Source: Seison nebaliae (taxonomy: Eukaryota). Taken from it: a stretch of DNA of 55,968 bases. The notes below the pieces were generated by a model. That model was not told the origin of the DNA. It worked only from the letters and a program-made list of their open reading frames with translations, and did not search any database. The translations under genes were made by a program, and so were the position numbers. Location of the stretch: assembly GCA_023231475.1 (NCBI GenBank), contig JALJEE010000455.1, forward strand, positions 1-55,968, given 5' to 3'. Positions 25,756-39,500 of this stretch are shown here, piece after piece; position 1 is the stretch's first letter, and each line of letters begins with the position of its first letter.

Positions 25756-28700
25756 TCTACTTATCATAAAAAGGACATCATAAGATGGACAAAAATTAAT
25801 GATTTGATGGAACACGATCAGGGAGCAATTCGTCGACGATGTTCCTTCACATCTGACGAATCAAGTTCGGATGATTTGGAGAATGTGGATAATTCATCCA
25901 TGTCCAAATCAATCGATATCAATAACACCACCATTCCAAATATTTCTTCACTTTCTGCTGATCAAATTCCAGCTGCTCCACAATTCTTATCATCAACAAT
26001 TCAACCGATAATTCCAATTACTGTACCAACTGCTACAGCATCAACGATTCAACCAACAATACCCACAACATCAACAATGGCAAATGGATCACAGAAGTTG
26101 AATAAGAAAGAAACGTTATTGGAATCATTTGGAACGAAATGTCGTCAAATGAAATCTCGATTCACTCCCGATCAATATCGACAATTGGAGAAAGAGATCA
26201 GAACAACTCTTGGCAAAGACGTTTTAGGAGATCATGCACTCAATGAATTGATTGAGGAGCAAGTACCAGTAAAAACGTCGAAAGGATTCATTTCAATTGT
26301 GGAATTTCTACGAGCGATGGAGAAGATTTCCGAAGATTATCATAAATTACGATTCTTTCAACGTTTCAATGAACGAATGTACATTTTAAATGAAATTGAT
26401 TGTGTCATCAGTTCATCATCATATTATTTAGAAGATATGATTCATAACAATAAAGACGATGATTATTATCCATGTTGTACAATTCTGTGCACAGATGTTG
26501 CACATCAAATTGATCCGAAAATTGTCAAACGATCCACATCAAATAAACGTCTATGTATTTGTCAATGTTATTCTTGTAAATCGTTGAGAAGTTTAACGAT
26601 CAATGATGATTCGTTACCTCAAAGTAGTTGTTTCGCTTATCAACATGAGAAACAAACGTATTTCGCTTTCAGTAAACAATCGATAGAAATGAGTCAATTG
26701 AATGGAAATGTTTTATTAGAACCACATTTACCAACGTCATTCTTATTTGATTTGAATCATGAATGTAATTCCTCATTACAAGTGTCATTACATTTCGATA
26801 AATCACCAAAGAATCATATTAATGCAAATATCTTCAATGATTCTCCATTATCTTCTCCATATAATTCGCCAGTGAAAGTTTCGAAAAATCCTTCTCCGAA
26901 AACTCGACGAAGAATGCCAAATTGGGAAATGAATGAAAAACGACGATCGTTAGTGAAGAATAATTTCATTGTATCTCACACAATGAATCATTATGAATTT
27001 GATGAGAATTCTTCTTTTCGACATACACATTCTTTCAAAGATAATTTTAATTTGAGAACGGATTTCTATTTTAATCTCGAACATGTTGTTACTAATGATG
27101 TCAATGCTCGATTTATGAAACATCAATTAGTCATCGAATTTCTTTATCGACGATGGCTCATTCGAGATCTCTCAACATTATTTGATGGTGGAAATTTCTT
27201 CCGTTTCTTCCTCGTTTATAAACCGTTATTAATATGTCTCTTATCGAATAATCGACAAATTATTTCCGATTATATTCCTAATCTCTCCAAACAATTCTCA
27301 TGTTCATGTCCAATCGATGATGGATTGATTGAAGATCTCGATAATAATTTGATGAATTTAGCCAAAATCTCATCAATCAACGAATTCCAACAATGGCCAT
27401 TAACCTTCATGATGGATCAAGATGATATTAAACGATTTATCGCATTCGTCAATCGATTAACTTCCGACGAGTTCTTAACCGAAGTCAAAGAAGAAGGAGA
27501 TCGTGCAAAAAAGAATCGACAAGTGACACAATTGACGAAAAGTCAAAGTAAATTGGAAAGACGTCGAAATGTGAAGAGGAAAGCAAGAATGGATTTGAAA
27601 GTTTCTCGAATGCTCCAACGACAACAGAAATTGAAACAACAAACAGAAGATCAATCTTGTTCATTTGAGAAGAGACGTCGATTAAATGGATTCGAATTAA
27701 ATCATTTAACTGATGAGACTTATCAAGTTCTCATGAATATTGGAACAATGTTCGATATGAATAACATCGTTCATTTATCATATATTTGGTGTTATTGTTT
27801 AAATATGAATGAGAAATTACGATGTCATATTATGAATGCAATATTTTTCCAACCATCACTTGATATTCCTACACCTTTCCTTTATCATGTCTCTCATGCC
27901 AATAAATATTCGATAAGTAAATCATCTTCATCATTATCCAGTTCTATCTCATCCAATTGTTCGTCGTCATCTAATAATACTTTATTGAGATATGTCTGTA
28001 ATCGAGTATGTGAAGAATTTTATCGACGATCAATTGGTGAATATCAAATATTCTCTCTCAACTTATTACATTTCCCTTTAGATGGTAATATGGATTCAAT
28101 GAAATTCAAAAATGCTTGTTCCGTTAAACAATTCTCTCAATCATCAACCATTCGTTCAACCGATGAGAAACGAAAACAGAAACAAACAAATAAAAAACAA
28201 AATGAATCACCGTCACCGTCTACGAATTTGAATGATTCGTCTGGTACATGTGGAAGTAAGAAGGAATTTATTGCGAAATATTTCGGATATGAAAATGTGA
28301 AAAATATAAATTCCGGTAGTTTACTTCCATTACATAATTTGTCGAATAAATTCAACTTATTTGCACCACGTTTGACGGAAGAAGAACAGAAAAAACAATA
28401 TGGTAACGAATCGTTAAGTGATGCTGGTGATTCGAAGGAATGTATGAAAATGATGAATGATCTTATTCGCAGGAAAGAGATATCGATTATGAAAAATTTC
28501 GATTCATTCATGTTCCACACGAAATATCGTCGACGAATGTTCGATTGTTATCAGATGGCGATTATTGAACATTTTGTCATTTCATTTTTCCATATCCGAA
28601 AAACATTGAAACCATTATCTAATGGTAAATTAAGAAATAATCAATCAACATCAAGTGTTGTCGAAGATGACGTTCTTCAAAAAGACAATCAAGAAAATGG

Positions 28701-31700
28701 TCAAAGAAATGGAAAGAATATTTCTTCTCGAAATAATGGTAGATATGTTCGTCGTAAAGGAAATAATGGAGGAACAAAAATCGAACATTCAACAACAACA
28801 ACATCAACATCAACATCGGTGATGACGACTTCAAATTCATCGGAATCGAATTTGAAGAATATTTCATCACCAACTTCCGTTAAACAAAGTTCGATTATTG
28901 ATTCATTATCATTATCTGGTACGTCATCATCATCGAAAAACGGTGGTGATAATGATCTTGTAAATGAGAAAGAGAAAGATAATAATACTTCATCTGTCAC
29001 TACGAGAACAACGATGATCGAATCGAATGATAATAAATCGAGCAGAGAAATTGAATCGAAAATACAACGAACGACGACAACTGTCAAAAGAATGATATCA
29101 ACAAATGATACAACAGGAGAACGAGAATTATCGGAGAATAAAAGTAAACTTGTTAATCAATTAAAAGAAGGTTCAAGAGATATGGCTAATTTCGATGCTG
29201 ATTTATTGAGAACGACAATCGAATTGGAGAAATTGAAAAAGAATGGTAATGCGAATAGTGAGGAAGTAAATGCAAAAATAAAAGAATTGAATAATAATAT
29301 GATTAATTCATTGACGGAATTGAAGAGAAATTTCTCTCGAATTAAATCATCAACTCGACGTTCACTTAATCAACAACCGTTATCATCCGATTGTAATCAA
29401 TCATCGTCTAATTCTTCTAATTTATTGACACCAACGCGAAATTCAACAATACGGAAATCAATGTGTAATAAACGGAAAATTTCACCAGAATCTGATAATA
29501 CTGATTATTCCACCGTTATTTCGACATCAGTGAAAACATCATCTCAGATCTTGATATCAGGAATCTCTCAAATGAGAATGATTTATGATTCAGTTGTTCA
29601 ATCTAACTTGTCTGACGTTCCACAAAATCCCAAATCTCGACGATCTATCGCTGAAATTATTGACGAACGATTAATCATTTTCAGTTGGTTGAAAACGTTG
29701 AGTCATCATATCATCATGATCAATGTATTTAAAATTGTTACAAATTTTACAATTTATCAAGTTGATCGATTAACTTTGTTGTTGTTGGATGGTTTCCTCA
29801 ATACGAAATCATTAATTGGAAATTGTTCAGATGATAATCTTACCAGTTTGGTGATTGATCGAACTCAAACGATTATTATGAAGAATAATTATCGATCTCT
29901 TATCCTTTCTCATTGTACGCCATGTGAGATTTGGAAAGAGAATGGTCAATTAGTTCAAACCATCATCGAACCACTCATCAATGAGAAGAAAAGAAGTTGT
30001 ATGGGAAATATTGATGATTTCCTCCTTCATTTCACTTATTCTTTTAGTGAGAGAACATTAACGGAGAAACTCAATCCAGAGAAATTGAGATATATTTGTA
30101 AATTGGTCATTCAATTATCGAATTTTATTGAGAATAATATTCAATTGACACGAAATAATTTTCAACAAATCATTCAAAATTCTTCTGGTATCATTAAACA
30201 ATATTTCGAAGATATTTTAGCAAATTATTTCGATTATGAAAATTCGACGGATAGTACATTTACTGATCTTTTAAATTTGATGAATGAGAAAGAGAAGAAT
30301 CGATTAATTCATACGTTCAATGATCATAGATGTCAACAATTACGTGAATTGTTAAATCATGAAGCACGACGTAAAGCTGCATTACAATCTACTACAATAA
30401 ATAAAGAAGAAAATGATTCGTTAATATTACCGTCTCTTATTGAGAAATCATCATCGTCATCAAAAGTTGATGCATTATCTATTCGAATTTGTGGTGATTC
30501 TAAATCAGGAGTGTTCGATTATTTTAGAAATTTTAAAGTTTCTGAAACTTATTTGTTGAAATTGAAAGCGATCATCATAAAACATAAAGCGGCGATTATA
30601 ATGAGAGAGAATGCGAAGAAGAATTCGAAAGAACAATCTGTGAAAAAATCGATAGAGCAGATGAAAGCGAAAAGATTGAATGAAGTGAAGAAAGAAGAAA
30701 AATTGAATTGTTCGAATAAGAAGAATATTCCACCGAAAACGAATGAGAAAGTATTAAAAGAAATTAAAGTGAAAAGTATTGAAAAGAAAGAGAAAAAAGA
30801 GATTGGAGAAATTGAATTAGATAAAACTCAAGAATTAATACAAAATAATAATTTGACATCATTCATGTATAATCCAGCTGATTGTCATCCAAATATTAAA
30901 GAATTGAAAGAACAAGCGAAATTGAAAAGAAAAAAGAATCCTTGTGCTTGTTCAAGTATCTCAGCAATGGAAGAGATTCTTTTCCCTGAAGATTGGTTGC
31001 CACATCTTCATTTGAATTTGTTGAGTCAATTCAAATATTGTATGGAAGGTCATTTAAATGAGAAGAGAAAAGAATGTTTAAAATTGACAAATAATTTATC
31101 AATCGTCGATTCGAAAGTTAAAACGGAAACATCCAGTATTAAAAGACGAGGAAAAAAAGTCTTTTATCCATTAAATACTAACACTGCCGCTTATCAACAA
31201 CAACAACAACAACAATTATTGGAGAGGAAACAATTGCAAGAGAAACGTTTAGAATTGGAGAAATGTATTGATGAATTGAAAGAGATTCAGAAACAATTGG
31301 AAGCAATTCCCAATTATATTGAACGACATGAAAATGTGTCGATGGAATTGTTGAAGAGACAAAAGCGAATAAAGAATTGTGAAGTTTTAACTGATTGGTT
31401 ACGAGTGAGGAATGAGGATGATGTTCAACGTCAAACAATTTTTGATTTACCCCATATCTCCAACTCTTATCATTTCCCCTTTATTCATATACGATTGTTG
31501 AATGTGGATGTGATAAAACTTTATGAGAAATTGAAAGATTTTCAAATTTTATCAACATCCGATTTCACTCACAAATTCTTCACCATTCAACAAAATGGAG
31601 ATAAATTCTATCAATTCCTCTTTCTCACTCAGATTCGAGTGGAACATATCGATAAATTAATTTGTTCCACTCTTTGTACACCAAAATATTCGCAGCGATT

Positions 31701-34700
31701 TCTTTGTTATTTGAAAACGAAAAAAATCAAAAATAAAAATCTTCAACATTTCCAAATTGGACATGATGATTTGAAACATTTTAATAGTGTCGAAAAGAAT
31801 GTTTGTTCATGTTGTTTCTGTAGTATGTATGGCAATACTCCTTCCGTCAATTGTCCTTTTCAATTCCTTTATCCGAAAATTGTGAAACAATTACATTGTC
31901 TTCCCACTTGTGCATGTAAGATCGATTCGGTGGCACATGCAACTTTATGTTTCGGTTCTACCACATGGAAATCGCCGCGATTAGTTCATTTCATTCGAAT
32001 TCTTTATTGGTATATGAACTTCAAACAAATGTATTCAATGGCCATTACATCATCATCAGTATCGTCATCATATTCGACGAGTTGTTATCTATCGAAAAAT
32101 AGTCAGAAGAAATCGATAAATAATAATAATAATAATAATGGTAAGAAGATCGTAAAAAATGGAAAAGGAGATCATTGGAAATCGATGGATTCGTTAAATG
32201 GAATTCCATTAAAAGAATTAGCAGAATTCGTTAAAATTCTTTGGATTAACGCTCCAGAAATTGTTAGTAAATTAATTCAATTGAAAATGCTTTATGCAAG
32301 AGAAGGTGAACAAATTTGTTTTGAATATTCAGAGATCGATTATTTCCTCCAATATTGTCAAGTTGATGGTTTCTTTTTTGGAAAGAAGAAAGAACAAATC
32401 AATTCCGATTTTTATGATATTTCTAAGAAATTAATAAAAGGAGATTTTCTCACCGAAAACGTCATTAATGATTCTCATATACTCTTCCAAATGCCTTATG
32501 TGAAATGGCATACTGATAATCATTATCTTCCACGACATTGCACTGATCAATGTTGGAGATTATATGCAAATATGTTTAACGGTATTCTACTTTCCAAGCC
32601 ATCACCAATATCAGCCAAAATGCTTCCCTCATTATCCACTGCAAATAATTCTTCGAAAAATATTTTGTTGTCAACATCATCATTATCGAATCAATTGCCG
32701 AAGAAACCATCAACAAATCGTCAGAAGATAATTGTTACAGATAAGAAAAAATCGAAATTGAATAAAAACAAAAAGAATTCGGATGTTGATGATGTTGTAA
32801 AATTATCTAAGAATTCCATTACCAAATCCTCATCTCCCAAAGGTCCAATTATTACAGAAGTCATCACACAACCATCGAAATGTTTAGTCAAATCGAAAAC
32901 GACGTCCATCTGTTCATCCTCAACGTCTTTAGCATCTTCTGATACGATAGAAGCTTTCAAGAATGATATGCCAAAGAAAAGAAGAAAAATTAAATCGAAA
33001 AGTTAAATATTCTCTCTAAATTATTTTTTTGTTTAAATTTTCTTTCTTAAATTAACAAATAGATGATCCTCCATTGAAGAATGGACATTCGAACATTCAC
33101 TCAATAAAAGATAATTCAATAAAACCTTCGAAAAAGAAGGAAATCCCACAAAAAGATTCATCTAAATTAATCAAGAAAATTGAAATTGAAGAAGATAAAG
33201 GAATGATCAATTCAAAAAAAGTTCTATCAACTGCGTCTGAAGTAAAAATTCAAAAAGTTTTTTTCTTAATTATTTTTTGATAAAAGAAATTCTTTCTCGA
33301 TGTTAATTAAAGGTGGAAAGTGAAATCGAAGAGAAACAATCGAATCAGTTAGGAAATAAGAAAAGAATTCTTGTCGACAATAGTCAACAAACGACAGATG
33401 ATACGAAAAGTTTGCTCTCATTTATTCTTTTCAATAAATTCGAGTGTATAGTTAGAAAAAATTTTTCGGAAACAAAACGACGTCGAATCTCTATCAATTT
33501 GGATAAAGATATTTTGGATAAAATGGCTCGGAAAAGGAAAGAGATTATGAAACACATCAAAGTTGATGATAATTCGAAATTACAAATTGAGAAATTGTTT
33601 TCGGTATTGAAAACGGGACGTGTTTCATTTACCATAACTGATTGTCCAGAGAAGATGACGAATGCTGAATCGAATGAAGAAATAAAGATCGATAATATTG
33701 ATATTGAAACTGATGATTCAGGAAGCGATTGGGAAACTGATGATTCTGACGAGAATATGAATAATAAAGATAAAGATAATGATGATGATGAAAAGGATGA
33801 TAAGAATAAGAATAAAGATGTGGAAGAAGATCATAAAAGTGAAAAATCAGAAAGTGAACGTGAAGAAACATGTCCGGAATCTGATGAATCGTTTCGTACT
33901 GTTCAATATCATGAAGAATCTGAAGAGAACAACGAATCTAATGAAGAAGATGTTGATGATGATAAAGATGATGATGACGTTGAGGAAGAAGGAGAAGATG
34001 ATGATGATGATATTATATGTGATGTTAATTGTCAATGTGAGCTATTAGCGGAATATGAATATGAGATAAAGAAGATGGAAGAATTTTCCAATTTTCTTGA
34101 TGACGATCGATTCATGGCATTGATGCAGAAAGAACTAGTTCGAATGAATGAAATTCATATACTTGAAACGAAATTGAAAGAAAGAAACAAAAAGAAATTA
34201 TTTGGAAATATCGAATTAAATAATCATTCAATTTATCCTGATTCAAATAAACCAAATTTAGGAGATCGATCGTTAAGAGATATCATTCGAGAATCACAAG
34301 AAATGAGGAAGATTACTGAAAAGAATGAATTGGAATTGATGAAAGACGTGAAACGATTAATGGTTCTAAGACATTCGATATCATTCGAAACGGAAGAGAA
34401 TAACCAACCGACAACATCGTCAAATAAAATAAAGAAAAAGAACCATCAAGAGCCACAACGTTTTCAACAAAAAAATACTTTATTAAATGCTCGTACAGGA
34501 AAGAGGAGACGACGAGAACAATTTCTGTTAGTTCACTTTATTTCAACAAGTTCTTCCCAAATCTCACAACTGTTCGTAAGTAATTCGTCATTCAGAATTT
34601 GCAATTCAAACATTTCTGTCTATTTTCAAATTATATTGTCTTTTTTCCATTCTTATAGTAATTATTGGAATTGGGATGGATTGTCCAGCGATTATGAAGT

Positions 34701-34845
34701 GAAAGATTTGGCGACGCTAAACAGAGATGATCATCCATTATTGAATTGGGATATCATTTGTAAAAGAGGAAAACCGAAATTCCAACATCTGGTCCATCGA
34801 GTGAAAGAAGATTCGAAGTTGAGAATTCCAACTTATGGTTTTTAG
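20923..34845 (+). CDS. Giant uncharacterised protein (about 4,500-4,600 aa)
   Basis: A 4027-codon stop-free frame in very AT-rich DNA. Introns 33002-33062 and 33257-33312 join it in frame to the 33074 and 33313 ORFs. A further in-frame intron is possible at 34527-34658. No domain recognised. Confidence 0.85.
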
Positions 34846-36427
34846 AGAAGAACGTCAATTACGAATCTCATACGAAAGAAAACTAATCGCACTTGTTGAT
34901 GTATAGTTTATTTACGGATACTCCATTGATGTCGAAGAATACTTTAGGGAAGTTGTGGAGGAAATAAATTTTTATATTATATTATTTCGAAATTAACTAA
35001 CTGACTATCGTTGACTTTGATTGAGCTCGTGTCTGTATAACCGTTTCAATTCAACAAATCGTAGAGATTGTGCATTTGGAGAATATTTTGTTGAAAGTCA
35101 TCCTAGTAAAATTATGTGGAATAAATTCTTTCCCATTAACTTCACTTTTCCTCTCAAATATTTATCTGGAATTTCCTTGCAGCGAATTACATTTCATCTA
35201 CATTAATTTATATCTTCCACGATGAAATTCTCATTAATAAAGTAAAAAGATTATTCTTTGATGATTTTCGATTTTGTTTATAAATGCAATTGTGCACATT
35301 AACATTCTGAAGGAATTAAAGAAGATTTGATAAGACGAAACCAATTAGCTAGGTTAAGTAGCAAGTTAGTCAATAAATTAGGTAGCTAAGTAACTGGTTA
35401 GTCGAACTGGGTAGTATTACTGCTCTTTAGTTCATAAATATTTTTATTTCGAAGATCGACTGCATATTAGTTGTTGTGGAGAAGTTGATTGAATTTGTCA
35501 GACATGTGTTGGTGAGTAAGTAATGATGGGAAGTAAATACGTGTTGGAAGAATTGAATAATTGATTTATTGAAATATAAATAAATTTTCAGGTGTATTGT
35601 TTGGGAAATGATTATAATTGTTTTATGAGTTTCAATTGAACTATTTTTTAACAATTAAAAATAATTAGCCATCTTTTTTGTAGATTAGTCTAGAATGGAG
35701 AGTGCAGTGATAGGGGGAAAGAAGGAATGTTGTTGAAGAATCTTTCAGGTAATAGTTCTACTTACTCGAAGAGAACGATTCTAATCGTTCAATTTCGTTA
35801 ATGGTAAGAACATTACTCCATTAAACAAATAGAAAATGATTGAAAGAAAACATTCCACTCTAATCATTACTTGTGCACGATTTAGTAGAATTGATGGAGG
35901 AAATATTGTCCGCATCATTTCATCATTACATTTCTAAAATCAGATTTGGAACTTTCGTGATGTTTTCTCACTTTCGGATTTGATTTAATGATGATTTCTT
36001 TCAAGGATGATGTAATAGTAACCAACGACATCAACAGGAACATAGTTATAATAAGAATAATTAAAATTATTATCATTTGTTGATATCATTATGATAATAA
36101 TTATTTTCGCCTCTTGCTTTTCATCATCATCGACGACGACGAGTGGGAAGTAGAGAAGAATTAAGAAGAAAAAGTGATTCAAGTGTGATTATGTTTTGTT
36201 TCATGATATGTTCATAAAATTATTTGAAAAAGAAAATTCTTCTTTCATCATCTTTCTTCTTCGAGATACTTCATACTTTCTTTCCTTTATTTCCCATTCC
36301 GTTACTACTACATATATATCATTACCAGCTAATCCTTCTTTATTAGTGAGCAGAAAATAAATTAAATTCTTTAATCACTTCCATTTTTTAAAATTCAATC
36401 ACTATCGGTCGTTCCAAACATTATATA

Positions 36428-36470
36428 TCATTATTATTATTATTATTATTATTACTATTATTATTATTAC

Positions 36471-36517
<47 letters not shown>
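36428..36517. repeat. (ATT)n microsatellite with ACT interruptions
   Basis: Seen directly. Confidence 0.92.
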
Positions 36518-36518
<1 letters not shown>

Positions 36519-39500
36519 ATGGTTTAATCAATAATAATTATTATTGATAGTATAAAAATTGATGTGGAGGAGATGCTTTAAAAGATGAGGTAGAATTCGT
36601 TTGGGAAAAGTTGACATATCACTTAAATCGATCGATGTTTGGGATTTCCAAATAATATTTTTTACATTTAAATGAATTTATGGAATCGGTAACACTATTC
36701 TCATTTCGTTCATCTATAAATGTCAGATAAATTATTTTTGATGCTCCAAACGACGTTAGTCATGACTCATGAGAAATTATTTTTCTTGATTCAAAAACAA
36801 AATGATCATATGCAACTAATAATATGGTAGTGCATTATTGAGAAGATATGTTGAATGATTGAAATGGAGCTACATTATCTTCTCTTCTGTAAATATCACA
36901 TCTCAAAATCCAGAAGAAAACTTTAAAAGGAAAAGTTTAGTTAATAAGTAATGCCATAATTAATGGATTTTACTCATTTTTAATTTATTCTAATTGGAAA
37001 TATTGTCGGACGAAATGTTGATCTTATTCAACATATTGAACGAGTTGATATGTTAAACATGAAACTTTGCATGAGTGAAAGAAAGAACTTAAATTCTTTG
37101 TCGACTGGACATCGTTCGTCTGAAAGTTCCATTGTTTGGAGAACGAAGAGAGGGCATGACTAACAATTTCCGCTCGAACTTTTACTACCGACAAATTATT
37201 TACTTTTATCCGTTAATGTTATTAAACTTAATCGAATTGGATTTCTTTTGAGAGGTTATTTATATAATTCAATTATTTATTTGCTGATAATCAGTGTTAC
37301 TTAAATCTTTGTATTATGCACGATGATGGGAATCATAATAATTATTGAATAATAAATATTGAACTCATCATTTCTACTTCATCTGTGAATGACGACGTAA
37401 AGTCTGGAAAAGTGGTAAGGATATTACGGTTGAATAGAGATAGAATATTTTAATTTAGTTTAATTATTCATTATGCGCAATTTTTTTTCAAAAGAAAAAT
37501 GTTAAAACTAAACATTGTACCATCATTTAGAAAGAAATGATGGAATGATTGATTAAATGAATGGTTTTCACACTACGAAATAAATGATGATAGAATAAAA
37601 AGAAGAATTGACTATAATAGAAGATGAATGAATGATGGAATTTTGAATTAATCGTTTAATATGTTTTTATGATAAATCCTTCGATTCATCGTCAATGCAT
37701 TCCATTTGCATTCCACCAAATTTATTATGACCATAACGATATGGAAATGTATTTTTCGAATAACTGTAATCGCAAGACAAGAATGAGGCTTCGACGCTCG
37801 TATCTATTTATGCCGATTCGATTTACTCCAATTCCATACGTGTCTTTGAGTATCTTCTCATACCCTATGACGTTCTACGTATATTCTATGTAATTTTATA
37901 TGATCTATTGGTAAATTCAATTATCCACATCCATATGTCTTATTTAATCTCCAATTAATAGTTAATTCCTAACGGACTATTCCGTCTTCGGACAATGTTG
38001 ACACCAAAAGTTAATTTGTCTTATTGTCTAGTGCATCAAATTGCTTCATTCTCCTTCTTCCTTTAAAAACCAAATTGATTGCCAAATTGATAAATCGAAT
38101 GATGAATTTATAAAAAAAATAAACATTTTCTAAATTAAATTGTAAAAGGTAAATAGAACAAGTAGATTTTGAAGTTATCATTTGATCTGAAATGAAATTT
38201 AACCCAGAAGTCCAAATATCCGATTGAAGAATATCCGACTTATTTTCATTTCTTGAATCAATGTTGTTTGCATTGATGCACATAGATAGCTAATAAGAAA
38301 CATAATCTTTCAAGTTGTGAAATATAATAAGTATCATTGTTACCTATACGTCGTGTAGAATTGGCTGCCCAACGCCAACTGGACATCTAGGACAACTAGT
38401 GACTAGGTAAAAATGGAACTATATATCGTTTCATTATGATGTATCTTTCGAACGAATAATTAATCAACTATTATGTACGTGTTGTTATTATCATTGTTTA
38501 CTTAATTGTTGTTACTTACAATGCTGCTTACAATTATCTCTAGTTGGGTGCAAAAAAGTATTCTCGTTTTTTTCAATATTATTTTCTCGTAATTTCCGGA
38601 TATCAATGATTAATGTTTTAATGAATAAGAAATATTCTTTGAATTTCTGAACTTTTAAGGTAATTACTATTGTTTATCAGTATGAAAGAATAAAAAATAC
38701 TACTTTGACATTTAACGAAGACTCTGTGTGGAACTGAATATGGACAAAATTCAGACGAATTTGACAAGTTTTAAAGTTTGTTAAAAAAAGTTCGTCGAAG
38801 TAAGGTGAGTAATTATCTTGTATGTAAATGTTTGAATAAAATCTCGTTATTAATGAATTTCAATTATTTCAGTTATTTCGTTTGACTGCATGTTTCATAA
38901 TTATTCCATTAATCGTTAATGATCAAATTTATACTTTAGGAAGGTGTGTGTGTGCGTATGTGTGCAGCATACGTCTGTTCAAGGGACACATATGTTAATA
39001 ATATGTGCACATCCTATAGGCTTCATACAGATGATGGTATGTGAAATGTCGCGATTTACAGCATGTCTCATATGGAACTTACATGATATCAGACTACTTT
39101 TGAAGGACTACTTTAAAAAGAAAATAGTAAAATAGGACTTTATGAATTAATAAAATATGTATTTTGTAATACCGATTAATTAAGCATCATTTGGAATCAC
39201 ATTATTTTTTCGTATGATCAGTTTATCCTATATTTTTTAATGTTATTTTCAATCAAAAATAAATTTTTGCATCACAATTCAAACTAAAATTTGTAATTGA
39301 CGATATAAATTGGTTCAATTTTCTAAAGTCCGAAATACTTTTTTAATAAAAAATTGGAAGAAAGTTTTTGCCTCCTTTCTTTCCCAATAAAAGAATAAAT
39401 GTCCTGTTTTACAATTAAATTACGTAAAATTTGTTACTCCGAATACAATGCTTATATTTTTGTTAGTTCACTTCATCTTATTTAATTTTTGTCTATGATT

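Noticed and set aside
20828..34048. Many short antisense or alternate-frame ORFs within the giant gene
   Set aside because: They are the expected shadows of a long biased coding sequence, with no recognisable motifs.
20923..34845. Giant ORF as a viral polyprotein, TE product or FAM193-like protein
   Set aside because: No RdRp, RT, integrase, helicase or protease motifs were seen, and it has host-type introns. The FAM193 resemblance (CxxC start, Cys clusters, coiled coils) is too vague without a profile search.
38360..38401. GC-richer patch ending CTAG|T as a Helitron 3' end
   Set aside because: No convincing subterminal hairpin or 5' TC end.
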